Below are positions 21,871-33,396 of a stretch of DNA of 64,000 nt, piece after piece. The stretch's first letter is position 1. Each line of letters opens with the position of its first letter. A program made the translations under genes and the position numbers. This stretch comes from Cyanidioschyzon merolae (lineage: Eukaryota): the NCBI GenBank assembly GCA_000091205.1, contig AP006501.2, one strand, 5' to 3'. Below the pieces are notes generated by a model. It ran no database searches. It saw only the letters and a program-made list of their open reading frames with translations, and was not told the DNA's origin.

Positions 21871-23532
21871 ATGTCTCTCGGGCACAGTGGCTCTCCTCGG
21901 GAATCGAGTGTAGCCCTGTACTCAATGGATACTACAGAATACGCGGGAATCGGGCAGCGCAGCTACAATTTGTACAATGCTGTTTCAGTTGCCAAGGCAG
22001 CTGCGCTCTACGTGTATCCGGACGTGTTCCGCGGGCAACCTTCAGGGATTCTTTACGTTCCTCGTATTCGCGCTATAGAGATGACGAGCCCAGCGCGGGG
22101 AGCAGTTAGGAAGCGACTTCGACGTGCCACAGCACCAGATGAAGCACTGATCGCTCCAAACGACAGTGATCCCCGCGAAGCTGGTACCGAAGCAGTGGCA
22201 AACGCCTGCAGCGATCCGGAGGTTCACGCAAACCAAGTTTGGAAACTTAAGTTTGTCCTAAACGAAGAGGACAACGCTGTGAACGGCGCTTTCTATCAGC
22301 CTTCGTTCACTCATCAAATCTTTCCGAACGAGCGCATCAGGGGCTACCTCGAGCCCAACCTGTACCAGGTCTATGACGCGGTCACGTTGCACTGTTATCT
22401 GAATTTCAAGTACACAGCAGTTGTGAACCCTAGCAAAGAGGTCACACCCGTTATGTCCACGCTTCAATCGCTGCTCGATGAGTGCGGTGGCTACACAACG
22501 GACTACGAGGCGTTTCGACAATGCAGTCGCAATGCGAATGAACCGCTCGAAACAGCTCTGAAAACCATTAGCACGTACGACCTTCACAACGAAACGTTTA
22601 TCATCTCCGAGGGCGTTCTATGTTCAGAAAACAAGTCTCCCGCACAGGCGGCTCTTCGTGCGCTGCATCGCCGTCTGCAGTTCCTAACACTACTCTACAT
22701 CGAAGCTGCCTCGTTCATTGACGATGAGGATCCGCGGTGGATGATTTACCTTTGTCGCTCCAGACGCGATCAGCGGCTTGTAGGGTTTGCGACAGTCTAC
22801 CGCTTCCCCGCAATCGAGAAGCTACAAGAATTTGATCCCCACCGCGAGAAATGGAGACTCGCTCAACTGCTGATTCTGCCGCCCTATCAGAGAGCGGGGC
22901 ACGGTACGCGTTTCTTGCATGCGCTTTACGAACGAGCTCGTTGCGTCTCTGAACAGACCGGTCGCTGCGTTCTCGAAATCAGCATCGAAGATCCAGCGCC
23001 AGCCCTTTGTTGTGTAAGAGATCTGGTGGACTTGGAAAAGCTGCTTACAAGCGATGATGCTTCTCGACAGTGGGCGCAGTCGATTAACGCATCTAGCCCA
23101 GTCCCGAGTCGCTCCGAGCTGAAGACGCTAGCCCAGCGTCTGCGTATTACTGCGGCGCAGGTGCGGCGACTCTATGAAATCCTTCGTTTGCATGCAATGG
23201 TGAGTGCCAGTGCCGCATCTGGAGACGTCGACCCCGAATTGGAGCGGGAATACCGTCTAGTTGTCAAACGGCGTCTATTTCGCGAAAATGAGGAATGTTT
23301 TGGCTTGAAAAACGATGATGAACGAAAGCAAATGCTCGCAGAGATGTATACTTCGCTGATGCAGGAAAGCTACCACCCAGTCATTGCTGCTGCGATGCGC
23401 AGAGGGCTAATTGCACCAACAAGGCTTGAAAGGCGCACGGGTTCCGAATCCGAACTGCATGTACTGGTTTCAGGCTCCAAGGAACTACTACTGCGCAATT
23501 CTGCACAAGTATCAGAGAGCGGCTCTACCTGA
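21871..23532 (+). CDS. HAT1: Histone acetyltransferase type B catalytic subunit (HAT1)
   Basis: FYQPSFTHQIFPNE... (HAT1 N-terminal domain), RWMIYLCRSR...FATVYRFP...LAQLLILPPYQRAGHGTRFL (compare human RWHYFLVFEK...ILTPFQGQGHGAQLL), and VRRLYEILRL (compare ARRVYEILRL). True ATG at 21871, single exon. Confidence 0.85.
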   Translation: MSLGHSGSPRESSVALYSMDTTEYAGIGQRSYNLYNAVSVAKAAALYVYPDVFRGQPSGILYVPRIRAIEMTSPARGAVRKRLRRATAPDEALIAPNDSDPREAGTEAVANACSDPEVHANQVWKLKFVLNEEDNAVNGAFYQPSFTHQIFPNERIRGYLEPNLYQVYDAVTLHCYLNFKYTAVVNPSKEVTPVMSTLQSLLDECGGYTTDYEAFRQCSRNANEPLETALKTISTYDLHNETFIISEGVLCSENKSPAQAALRALHRRLQFLTLLYIEAASFIDDEDPRWMIYLCRSRRDQRLVGFATVYRFPAIEKLQEFDPHREKWRLAQLLILPPYQRAGHGTRFLHALYERARCVSEQTGRCVLEISIEDPAPALCCVRDLVDLEKLLTSDDASRQWAQSINASSPVPSRSELKTLAQRLRITAAQVRRLYEILRLHAMVSASAASGDVDPELEREYRLVVKRRLFRENEECFGLKNDDERKQMLAEMYTSLMQESYHPVIAAAMRRGLIAPTRLERRTGSESELHVLVSGSKELLLRNSAQVSESGST

Positions 23533-23759
23533 TTTGGGCATCGATCCCTAGCCTCTAAACGGAAGCAACGAGTCCCGAGTCTGCGCGATTCGCAAATATC
23601 TGTTCTACGTGATAACAACACAGATGTCGCATCTCTAATCGGCAGCAAGGATGCGTCGTGAACACAGCCTCAGGCGATCGGGAGAGGAAACGCGTTCTGA
23701 TCAGCGCCATGTGCTTGGGCGGAAACCTCGTCGCCCGTGCTCCTGAAACAGCACGACAA

Positions 23760-25013
23760 TCACAAGGGTGACGGATCGTTCGCACGTATGACTGCAGCCA
23801 ACATTTCCGACCAGAACCATTCGGTATCTACCGCAAGTGCGACATACACATTCCGCGGCCGTTGCGTATGACCCCAGACGTCGACCACAATTTTACCGTA
23901 ACAGAGCGTGCCTTCGTGCAACTCAACATCCACCCGATGATGCTCTATCGCAAACTTACCCATTGCTGCACCGTACACCGCTGCGACAGCAAGCGGATCG
24001 TGCAACGGAGGGGCCTCGAACCCGAAAGCTCGTCGATACCGCTCACCATAATAGTTCAGCAATCCAGTCATGAGTCTGCCAAACGGAGACCGAACGCTTT
24101 GTAGCGCGCGCATAACGTGTTCTCCGGCGAGAACGCTGTGGGTGACCTCTAGTGGAATCAGCACGACATGCTGAATACCCGCCGTGGCCACTACATGGAA
24201 CGCTTCTGGATCATGTCGAATATTGAACTCTGCAACAGGTGAAACATTACCCGCGGCAAGCAGCGCTCCACCGAGTACAACGACATCAATTAGCGGAATG
24301 AGCTCCCGATATAACGATACCAGTAGGGCCACGTTTGTTAAAGGGCCACAAGTCACTACTTTTATCCGCCTTCTTATCGAGCATGCATCCTTAGTACCGT
24401 CTGTTTCGCTGGTTGTACCGGAAATAGCACCAGCGGCACACCCTGACTTCAGCGTTTGGACTGTTTGGTTCCGAGTGAGCGGTGCGCTCGGATTCAAGCG
24501 GGCATACTCGTTCCAGATAGCTTCCGCCATGGCCGGTACAGCGGGCTTATGACTCACAAGTTCGTTTCCAAAGCTCCTATCTGGCCAGATTCCATCGGAA
24601 TCGGCAAGTTCCATTCCAGAAGCACCATGAATGTGCTCCGGATGCGGTGCTGGTGCCGAGGATGCCGCTTCGTCTCCACTCGATGGACAGTCATAGTACT
24701 GCTGTCGTCGCAGAAGCGGCCCTGCAGCTCCAGCGTGGACCTGAACACCCAGAACGCCCGCAGCTTTGAGGATGCGGGCTGCGTTCTGAGTTGTATTTTC
24801 TACGCTCCCGTTTCCGTCTACTGTGGATACACCAAGGAGACGCAGGCGAGGGTGATGCGCCCCCAGCACCAGCGCAAACGCGTCATCATGTCCGGGGTCA
24901 CAGTCGATCCACAGCGGAATGGGTTCGTCACGACCAAAACCACTGGAAAGAGCGTCCCAAGCACTGAGATGAACGTGGCGACTATCCCACTGTGCTAACG
25001 CGGGCAGTGGCAT
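23760..25013 (-). CDS. Inosine-uridine preferring nucleoside hydrolase
   Basis: IPLWIDCDPGHDDAFALVLG is the IU-NH aspartate-cluster signature DxDxxxDD. It also has a C-terminal ...LHDPLAVA... block. The ORF track starts at 25130 (TTG); the likely ATG is ~25012 (MPLPALAQW...). Single exon. Confidence 0.8.
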   Translation of the reverse strand: MPLPALAQWDSRHVHLSAWDALSSGFGRDEPIPLWIDCDPGHDDAFALVLGAHHPRLRLLGVSTVDGNGSVENTTQNAARILKAAGVLGVQVHAGAAGPLLRRQQYYDCPSSGDEAASSAPAPHPEHIHGASGMELADSDGIWPDRSFGNELVSHKPAVPAMAEAIWNEYARLNPSAPLTRNQTVQTLKSGCAAGAISGTTSETDGTKDACSIRRRIKVVTCGPLTNVALLVSLYRELIPLIDVVVLGGALLAAGNVSPVAEFNIRHDPEAFHVVATAGIQHVVLIPLEVTHSVLAGEHVMRALQSVRSPFGRLMTGLLNYYGERYRRAFGFEAPPLHDPLAVAAVYGAAMGKFAIEHHRVDVELHEGTLCYGKIVVDVWGHTQRPRNVYVALAVDTEWFWSEMLAAVIRANDPSPL

Positions 25014-26019
25014 GCGCTTCCCTCGAAGAACCCTGTCGGAAGCAGCACTGCAGCTCTCGGGCACTGCACAGCGCAGCGCTGGAGCATCGTCGGCCACCGG
25101 TGCCTCAAGTGACGCGCTCGATGCGGTCAATGCGAATTCTGCTATCTGCGAACTTTATCAGGAAATAAGCAATGTGTTTGGGATGCTGCTTATGAAAGAG
25201 GAAGCAAGGCAAAGCGAGCGGTTCAGGTAGTCGGAGTGGCGTCAGGCGCGTTATTGTGAACGGCGTCGCAGGCACCATACGTTACGTCCTGTGTACAAGC
25301 TGTGACGCCCAGAGCTCGGGTATTCGGGAGCGCGTCCTGGAAATCGCAACCTATCACAAAAATAGATTGTGCAACGTGCGATCACAAATGAACAGCTGCA
25401 CTTTCGGGGCTGCTCCAGGGCTTGCTGCGCAAAGTGGAGAAGCAAGGTTGGCAGCGTTGCAAAAGCAGCCGCCTGCTGTGTGGCTACAGTGGACAAGCGG
25501 AATGCATCAACTGTTTCTGCAACGATATTCGCTATGTTTTCATTAATCAAAAATTACGCATTCCTTCTTCCGATATCGGTGGAGAAGACTTTTGAAGCAG
25601 CGGAGACGGCATGTAGCGTGCACATGAGCACAGCGCATGGTTGCGGTTTACCTTCAGAGAAAACCTTAAAGGCAGGTCGTCACATTTCTGTGCAGGCAGG
25701 GAATAGCAGGGAAGCACGCGAGACGCTTATTCTGGATGCCGCCGTGCCTTTTTCGTTCCGATACTCTCCATGGTAAACGTAAGTACATTCGGCTTCAATT
25801 CTGAATCTGCTTGACGAAAAGGCTCGTTCTGTGAAAGCAAGCGGCGGACGCGCAGGTACCTGCAATAAGAGACCCCGATACCTCGATAGGTTGCACGTTG
25901 GGTTCACGTGAACCGAACTGGACCCCGTTCCCTGCAAGACTCGCTTTTACAGCCGAATGTGTCGGAGCGGCACTCGACACGCGCGCTACTGAGTTGAACC
26001 TGATGCACGCGCTTCCTAT

Positions 26020-26260
26020 GCCAGCGCTAGTGCGTACTGTCCCACGAGGAGCACTGGGAAACTCGAGTTAGAGGTAAGCTACACTCAAGTAGTCACAACG
26101 ATTAACAGGGAACCAAAAGGCTGCCCCGAAACGTCCAGTAGGTGCTTAATGCTCCACCAGGAGCACTGGGGAACTCAAGTTGGAGGTAAGCTACACTCAT
26201 GTAGTCACAGCGATCGGCAGGGAAAACACTGGTTTTGCCTCAAACGTCAGCTCGGACCAA
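26020..26260 (+). repeat. Tandem duplication, ~112-bp unit x 2
   Basis: ccacgaggagcactgggaaactcgagttagaggtaagctacactcaagtagtcacaacgat... at 26042-26120 vs ccaccaggagcactggggaactcaagttggaggtaagctacactcatgtagtcacagcgat... at 26154-26232. Each unit carries a near-consensus 5' splice-site-like GAG|GTAAGC. Confidence 0.75.
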
Positions 26261-26731
26261 CTGTCCGCCCCCGCACTCCCGAATACCTTTCCGCAAAAAC
26301 TCAATCCCTGCCTGTTCCGTTCCAAGCCGTTCGGTAACGTCCACGCCAGCTCATACGTGTCCCGGACGCTGTTCCTTCTCCCCAGAGCGTTGCATGTCCA
26401 CCTGTCGATGGGCAACAGGCAGGCGCGGGCAACTCGACTGGGACAGGTGGCGGCTGCAGCGCTCCAGAGGCATTGCCTGATTTTCAAAATTGGATTGATT
26501 TTCAGAACGCCGGCAGGCAGAGGTTTGCGACGGCTACCAGCGCCAGTCCAGTTACTGGTGCTTGACTCGAGCAGCTTTCAAAGAAACTGAACTTTTGAAC
26601 CTGTTCTTCTTTATCATCGGTATCAGATACGAGACTTTGGGCAGTTTCGTTGGTTCCTGGGCTTGGCTCAGAACGGGACTAGACGCCGGAGCCTGGCACG
26701 ACTGTGAAGGAGCGGGACCCCAGGTGACTCC

Positions 26732-27940
26732 ATGCGACGTGAGTCCGACTTTAGCCGCATTCCCAAGCTTCTTCCTTTACTAGGGCTACACAACAGCAGA
26801 CAATTGAAGTTCATGTTGCCGACAGTTCTTCAGGAGTCTTCGACTGGTCATTCACTGCTGCGTGGTTGGTTTCGCAAATACCACCGGATGTCGACTGGTA
26901 ACTGGAAAGGGATGCGTCTCTGGCTGCTTGTTCTGGCGATGCTCGTCGCACTGTTTTGCGTGTTGCGCATTCCGCCGCAGGTACTTCTCCCCGACTACTG
27001 GAAACCGGAGTGGTTTTACGCGCCGTTGAACTTTAGCTACGAGGTGGAGCTCGCGTCCGCCGTGCCGGTGCAGGAGCCGCCAACCGTCATCCCGAATATT
27101 GTCCACTTTATTCATGGCCTGACGCCAGACTTTGGAAAACGACCTTTTGGGCTCGTCGAATATCTGGCGGTCAAGGCCGCGCATGAGGTGATCAAGCCGA
27201 GATCGATTTACCTCCACTACATGTACAGACCTGAAGGTTATTGGTTTGAAAGAGCCCTTCCCTACGTAACGCTCTCTCCGATAACGGAGCTCCATCCATT
27301 GCCGAATGTGAGCATGCAGCACTTTGCGCATCTAGCCGATGTGCTACGTTTGCTCATCCTTATCCAGCACGGAGGTATCTATCTGGATATGGATGTGCTG
27401 GTACTACGTGATTTCACACCACTGCGGACCCAGTACAAGGTGACGCTCGGACGAGAGCAGGTGCGGAATACCCCATCGGTGCGCTGGCCAGACCCGGGCG
27501 GTGTTGCCAACGCCGTCATTGTTGCTCCCGTTAATGCATCGTTTCTTCATCGCTGGCTTGCTACCTATGCCACATTTCAAGAGAAGGACTGGGCAACCCA
27601 TAGCGTCACCATACCGTACGTGTTGGCTCGTACACACCGTTTCGATGCGGAGCTTCACGTCGAAGGCCCGCGTTCCTTCTACTATCCGACCTGGGCGCCA
27701 GACGATCCAGTGCACGGTCTCCCGCGTCTCTACGCGAGGGCACACCGGCGAGGAGCACGCGAGGCGTATCGTTTCGATGAAGGAAACTATGCGGTCCACT
27801 TGTGGCGAACCAAAGCTGCCGAGGTGTATCCCTCACGTGACCTGTTCTCCGTTGCGCATATCTGTAATCACCGAAATGATCCAGAGTACGCGTTGTCGAC
27901 GTTTCAGCGAGTTGCGCGTGCTATTTACGGCGAGTGCTAG
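26732..27940 (+). CDS. Type-II membrane glycosyltransferase, DXD-motif sugar-binding family (Gb3-synthase/Och1-like fold)
   Basis: N-terminal signal-anchor MRLWLLVLAMLVALFCVL, then HLADVLRLLILIQHGGIYLDMDVLVLRDF, which matches the Gly_transf_sug DXD region. 402 aa, true ATG at 26732. Confidence 0.65.
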   Translation: MRRESDFSRIPKLLPLLGLHNSRQLKFMLPTVLQESSTGHSLLRGWFRKYHRMSTGNWKGMRLWLLVLAMLVALFCVLRIPPQVLLPDYWKPEWFYAPLNFSYEVELASAVPVQEPPTVIPNIVHFIHGLTPDFGKRPFGLVEYLAVKAAHEVIKPRSIYLHYMYRPEGYWFERALPYVTLSPITELHPLPNVSMQHFAHLADVLRLLILIQHGGIYLDMDVLVLRDFTPLRTQYKVTLGREQVRNTPSVRWPDPGGVANAVIVAPVNASFLHRWLATYATFQEKDWATHSVTIPYVLARTHRFDAELHVEGPRSFYYPTWAPDDPVHGLPRLYARAHRRGAREAYRFDEGNYAVHLWRTKAAEVYPSRDLFSVAHICNHRNDPEYALSTFQRVARAIYGEC

Positions 27941-29965
27941 CAATCCTCTGTGCAGCAGCATGAATGCTGGAGCGCGTTTCACTTTTGCAAACCCGTGGTA
28001 CCTCGTCAACAGGCTATGCATTAACGTAAACGTGAGTTTCGAGTGTCAGCGGTGATGGCGACAGCGACACCGCGGATCAGCAACTCGTCTCTGTTCAGTT
28101 GAGCGCTGGTGTTGACCATTGAAGACGTGGAATAGCGCCATTGCCTGGGCTCGGGGGAGGACCACTCGAAACACTCGGAAGCGTTGCTGGGAGCGCATCC
28201 CTGGGCCCAGACCGCACATTTGTCTGAGTGGATGCGGATCGCACACTCAGCAGGTGGCGTTCGAGTTCACGCGGAGGCCGTTCTTCAACTGGATAAGCCG
28301 GGTGGATTCCGGCCCCGCCGTCCTTGTTTCTGCAGCGGCGCAGGGGCCCGACGTCCGCTCTCGCTGCGTGCGATAAAAGCGAATCCTGGGATTAAGAGCC
28401 TCTCTACACGCATACGCCAGTTTCGCATGAGGGGCGCTCATGGCATACATGCGCTTCAGTTGAAAGTATGCTGCCGATAAAACGCGAAGCAGGATGCTTC
28501 GCTAGGCTACTGCGCTCAGCAGGGCAGTCAGATTTCAATAAGTCCCAACAGAACAAGGCTCTTCTCTCAAACGTTGATGGAGGAGTCGCTCTGGAATGCC
28601 ACGAATGTCGGTGCACTGCAGCGCGGTCGCAGATACGTCATAGTACACTGTGCGAGGCGCCATCTCTCGCTCGCAAATACAATGTCCACGGTTTGACAAG
28701 GCGAGTCGCGAGGCCGCTGGCGACCAGTTGTCGTAGAACTCATCTGGCGGGTCGTGGAAGTCGTTCTCGGGAAACGATGCACCAGATCAACACGTATGCC
28801 TAAGTGTCTCCACTTCCTTAATTTGTCCCAAGAATAGAAACAACCAACTTGTTCTTCGCACACGTGACTTGTCTCCGCAAAGCTGTGACCCCGCGTGGAT
28901 GCTCGAATCAGTCGTGAGCATCTTTCCCTGTCGAAGGCATCTCGTAGAAAGGTGCCGTTCCTGACAAAGGTTTCACTCTATTGCCCCCGGCCGCTTCACA
29001 TTTGACAAATGCTGCATGCGTGTGCAAATGCCCCGGTTATCCATCACCGAAGCGCTGTGCTTGCCTTCCTGGTGTCCGGAGCTGTCATGCAGCAGCTGTG
29101 CGTGACGAAATGCGTAGGGCGAGTCCCACTCGAGAGCCAGCGCACCCTTCCCTGGTAAGCAATTCGCTAAAAATCTTGCATTTCATGCACAGAACTGAAT
29201 TCCATACCTGGAATGCAAGTCTCGTTACTGCTTCTAATAGCAGCGCAGTCAAAGAGAACCTGCGTTGACTCTCACGACATTGAATATCTACCGAGCCAAT
29301 GGGGTCAGAAACTCATCTCTGAGTAATACTTGAACGTATACGAGATCCTTGAACATCCAAGCATTTGCACTGGCGAAGGCGCGTGCTCTCCGGAGTTCGT
29401 CAACAGCCTCGTCAAAGTGCAACCACGGGCAATGCCCTGCGCACTGGTAGCGATGCATAGCTACCAGTCCTGATACTCAGAAATAAACCACCTCAGCAAC
29501 ATACATGCATGCTCAATCACTGTTCAAACTACCAAGAAGGCAATGGTTCCGGGAAAGGTGCCACGATTCCCCACGCGTTAGCGTAGCGCGAGGCACCGGG
29601 TGATACGCATCTACCATCGCTGCACCAAGTCAAGCTTCAAGGCTCTCGCATCGAGCCCACGCGTTATATGAGTTTCCTTGACCCTGCTCCCAAACAAGGT
29701 CTCTGATCAACATATCTTCACAAGCAAGCCGGCAAACGAACTACTCCTACTGCAATGAGCGCGGCATCAGCGCTTTTCAGAAGCCAAGAATTCCACGCGC
29801 GTACTTTGCCGCGCGCAAAGCATCTGCGTTGCGACGCCCGCCGGTGCTGGACGCACACGTCACCGCAGCCGGCAAGTGTAGCGCAAAGCTCGTAGAGGGT
29901 CCACTCCAGTCACTAGGGAGCGTTGTCGACGGTGCAAGGTCGTATAGGAACTCGTCAGCGGACGG

Positions 29966-31273
29966 ATGGCACTGCTGTCCCCGAAAATCTTCCTCGCTAC
30001 CTTACACCGGAAAGGACGAGGCCTTGGTTTCGTGTTTCCGTGGAGTTCATCGTTCGCGGGCCGCGCTCCCTGCATCGAATACCCGCGTGGCGGGACACAG
30101 GCGTCAGCGTCTGGGTGCTGGCGGCACGCTGAACGAAGTTTTTCCCAGACGTCGTGGTCTCGACTCCGACGACTCGTCGTTCAGAGTGCGGCTCCAGCGA
30201 ACCAGCGGCGACGTTCATCAAAGCGAGGTGTGCTGTCTGCTGAGCGCGCCGCGGCCTTGTACCGCAGCCTGCAGAGTTTCAGCGCAATGACGTCGCGATC
30301 CATTGGAACACATTCTGGAACTTTTCACTGTGATGAAGCGCTTGCCTGTTACATGCTACGTTTGCTACCTGAGTTTCGTGACGCAAGCATCATCAGAACG
30401 AGGGATCCGGCGCTCCTGGCTACACTGGACTGCGTGGTTGACGTTGGAGCGGAGTATGATCCCGAGCGCTTGCGGTTCGATCACCACCAACGCTCGTTTT
30501 CGGATACGTTCTCGACATCCAAGAAAACCAGGCTTTCTTCGGCAGGCCTGGTCTACAAACACTTTGGAAGGGAGCTGATTCGGCAGATCACCGGCACGAG
30601 TGATGAGAACGTGCTCGAATTGTTGTATACGCGCGTCTACGATGGGTTCATCGAGGCTATCGACGGAAACGACAATGGCATCGATGCAACGAACGAGCGT
30701 CCGCGCTATGTCGACAACACCACCTTACCGATGCGAATTTCAAGACTGAATACTCCGTGGAACGTCGATGAGAGCGAACAGGAGCAGCTTGTACGCTTCG
30801 AACAGGCCATGGAAATGGCGGGTACGGAGTTCGTGGCGTACGTGCGTGGACTCTACGGGCAGTGGTTACCGGCCCGAGCAGTGGTACTCGAGGCGTTCCA
30901 CAAACGCTTTGAGACTCACGCGTCGGGGCGCATGATTTACCTGGAGCGGTGGTGTCCGTGGAAAACGCACCTCTACGATATAGAATCGGAAAATTCAGCG
31001 CTTGGAGAGATATATTTTGTGCTTTACAGGGATCATAGCGGGATGTGGCGCGTTCAAGCAGTGAACAAGCCGGACTCCTTCGAGAACCGAATTTCCCTGC
31101 CGATTGAGTGGCGTGGATTGCAGGACGCTGCGCTTGAAAAGGTTACCGGGATCCGGGGCTGCACTTTTGTGCATGCGTCTGGTTTCATTGGCGGCAACGA
31201 GACGTATGAAGGCGCATTGGCTATGGCTTGTTTGGCCTTGTCGATGAACACAGCTCCCGTGATGCCCACCTAG
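29966..31273 (+). CDS. MYG1: MYG1 / UPF0160-family metal-dependent hydrolase
   Basis: IGTHSGTFHCDEALACYMLRLLPEF...IIRTRDP...LDCVVDVGAEYDPERLRFDHHQRSF is the characteristic MYG1 N-terminal His-rich catalytic region. The ~105-aa Arg/Ser-rich leader before it is a possible mitochondrial presequence. True ATG at 29966. Confidence 0.8.
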   Translation: MALLSPKIFLATLHRKGRGLGFVFPWSSSFAGRAPCIEYPRGGTQASASGCWRHAERSFSQTSWSRLRRLVVQSAAPANQRRRSSKRGVLSAERAAALYRSLQSFSAMTSRSIGTHSGTFHCDEALACYMLRLLPEFRDASIIRTRDPALLATLDCVVDVGAEYDPERLRFDHHQRSFSDTFSTSKKTRLSSAGLVYKHFGRELIRQITGTSDENVLELLYTRVYDGFIEAIDGNDNGIDATNERPRYVDNTTLPMRISRLNTPWNVDESEQEQLVRFEQAMEMAGTEFVAYVRGLYGQWLPARAVVLEAFHKRFETHASGRMIYLERWCPWKTHLYDIESENSALGEIYFVLYRDHSGMWRVQAVNKPDSFENRISLPIEWRGLQDAALEKVTGIRGCTFVHASGFIGGNETYEGALAMACLALSMNTAPVMPT

Positions 31274-32341
31274 TCGGAGGCTGCGCGCGACGGACCCACA
31301 AGAGCGGAGTTTCTGCGAACACACACGCAGACACGAAGTGTGACACCGACTGAGCCACTGACACTCTCCCCCGTGGTTTTGATGTCTCGCGCGATGTTAT
31401 GCGCCGGTTCTCCCGAGAACGTACCGCTGTCAACGATCTGGAGCGTCACTACGCAGGCCTGCACATCGATACGTTGTCGTGTGGTGCCCCCAGATTCAGT
31501 GGGCAGCGCTGCTAGAAAAGCGCACGGCATGTCTTCTTCTGCTGATTCGAGAGACACCAGACGCAGTCAATGGCGATCCAACCCACCCCATCCGTGTTGT
31601 AGACGTGAATATCCCGGATACCCGGAATCCAAGAGCAACAGCGTCTGCGTGCCGCTCGCCAGCGTTGCAACAGTGCGCATTCGATAACCGCGGTCCGCCG
31701 CAGCTAGCGTTCGATGCATGCTCAACATCCGCAGTATCGCTGGATCGACGTAGCTTCAAACCATGGGGAACGCTCTGCTCTTGTGTTTTCGGTATGCCGA
31801 AGCGTCTCTCGAGGGGCCGAAACGCCATCCCAGTCCTCCGGTCGCATTTGCGCATCGGGGAGAAACATTGCTTGGACGCATCCTCATCGCCTCGTGAGCA
31901 TATTGAGAGCCTCGCGCAGGTGTCGGCAGCGTCAGCTCCCGGTAGGCAAGCGATTCCCATGCACCTGCTGGCTGCCCCGAGCTGACGTCTTCAGTGGTAC
32001 AGCAAAGCTGGTCTGTCTTCGTGCTGCGTGCGTACAGGCGCTACTCGTGCACCATTGCGGATGCTCACGACAGGTTCCGCAAGCGATGGATCGTACCAAA
32101 TGACCAGTACGTCAGAGGGAAAGTGCAGTTGGCGGAACATGGAGAAGGAGACACGACCGTTCCTTTTCCGATCGTTGATATATCAAAAGCAGAATCGAGG
32201 ATCCCTGGTCTGTGTAAACGCTCTGTCAAGCAAAAGAAAAATGACGTCGCTGCTGCACCATCCGTGTCGCGCGCACACGCAGATACATGCCTGCGACGCG
32301 CGTTTTCGCAGCACTGGTGGTACCGTTTTTGCCTCTTGCAA

Positions 32342-32486
32342 GACGTCACGCTGGGTAGCGCGTTTTGCAGTATCGGATCCATAGACAATGCACGAGGCAG
32401 ATTGGTACTCATCATGCTCGACGTCTCGGTAGCGCGTTTTGCAGTATCCGATCCATAGACAATGCACGAGGCAGATTGGTACCGCC
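32342..32486 (+). repeat. Tandem duplication, ~75-bp unit x 2, immediately 3' of the LisH/CTLH gene
   Basis: gacgtc(a)cg(ct)ggtagcgcgttttgcagtatc(g/c)gatccatagacaatgcacgaggcagattggtac occurs at 32342-32412 and again at 32419-32486. Confidence 0.8.
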
Positions 32487-32508
32487 AGTTCACAGGTTAT
32501 CTTTTCTT

Positions 32509-33396
32509 TCACAGCGCAGGATCGGGTTGCCGCATATACTCTGAGAAGCTTTTTGCCTCTATTTCTTGCCAGAATACGTTCGCATCGCTGGTTCGCATCT
32601 CTTCATGGAGAGCGCTCATCGCCCATACATGGCGCAACATCCGTTCGAGCGCGCTTCCCAGACCGGTCTGGTTGCGCTCACATGCCACAACCAAAGCATT
32701 CAGTTCATCCGCGATGTCCTTACGTCGTTCAGTTGCCATGAGTTTTCCGAGAGGACTCTTTTCGGGATTCGTAAACGCCAGTAAGACGAGGTGATCCTCG
32801 AGAAGCTCAATCCAGGATCCAGCGTCGGGCTCCGTCTCCGTCGGTAGCAGTTGCTCCCACAGAGCAACGCGCAGGTAATGTCGTGCATATGATATCGCCT
32901 GGGCTGCCTTTCCGTCTCGCAGGTATTCAACGTACTGCTGAAGGCATGCTCGGAAAGCAAACCATGGATGCAGAGATTTAATTGCGACAAACGGCTCCCA
33001 AACAGCAGGAAAAGTCACGGGAAAGCCCATCTGTTCACCAGAGAAGCACACAGCGTGACTGGTGTGCTCAGCGAGCCACATACCAGCCTCCAGTACCGTT
33101 TTATGAATGTCTCCGTCCTCCAGAATACTTGCTGTCCAGCGTCTGCGGTCCGCGAGGCTCTTATAACCAACGTTTTTCACCAAATCTACCTTTGGTGCGT
33201 CGCAGCATCGAACAGAGCTGCAGAGAGCCCGCGCCGAGCGTTCATAACCTCTTTCAATGAGGTACGAAAGAACCAGTGCGCCACGGACCGACTCGTTCGG
33301 AAGCGCCGGTCCAAGGTTCTCAGCTGCAGCCGCTTCGTTTGGCTGTTGGTCGCTATGCTGAGCTCCGAATGCTTCCGAGTTCTTGGTACGTTCCAT
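32509..33396 (-). CDS. LisH/CTLH(/CRA)-type protein (GID8/RanBPM-like)
   Basis: N-terminal LisH-like ALVLSYLIERGYERSARAL, followed by helical CTLH-like sequence. 295 aa. The domain call rests on motif resemblance only. Confidence 0.4.
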   Translation of the reverse strand: MERTKNSEAFGAQHSDQQPNEAAAAENLGPALPNESVRGALVLSYLIERGYERSARALCSSVRCCDAPKVDLVKNVGYKSLADRRRWTASILEDGDIHKTVLEAGMWLAEHTSHAVCFSGEQMGFPVTFPAVWEPFVAIKSLHPWFAFRACLQQYVEYLRDGKAAQAISYARHYLRVALWEQLLPTETEPDAGSWIELLEDHLVLLAFTNPEKSPLGKLMATERRKDIADELNALVVACERNQTGLGSALERMLRHVWAMSALHEEMRTSDANVFWQEIEAKSFSEYMRQPDPAL

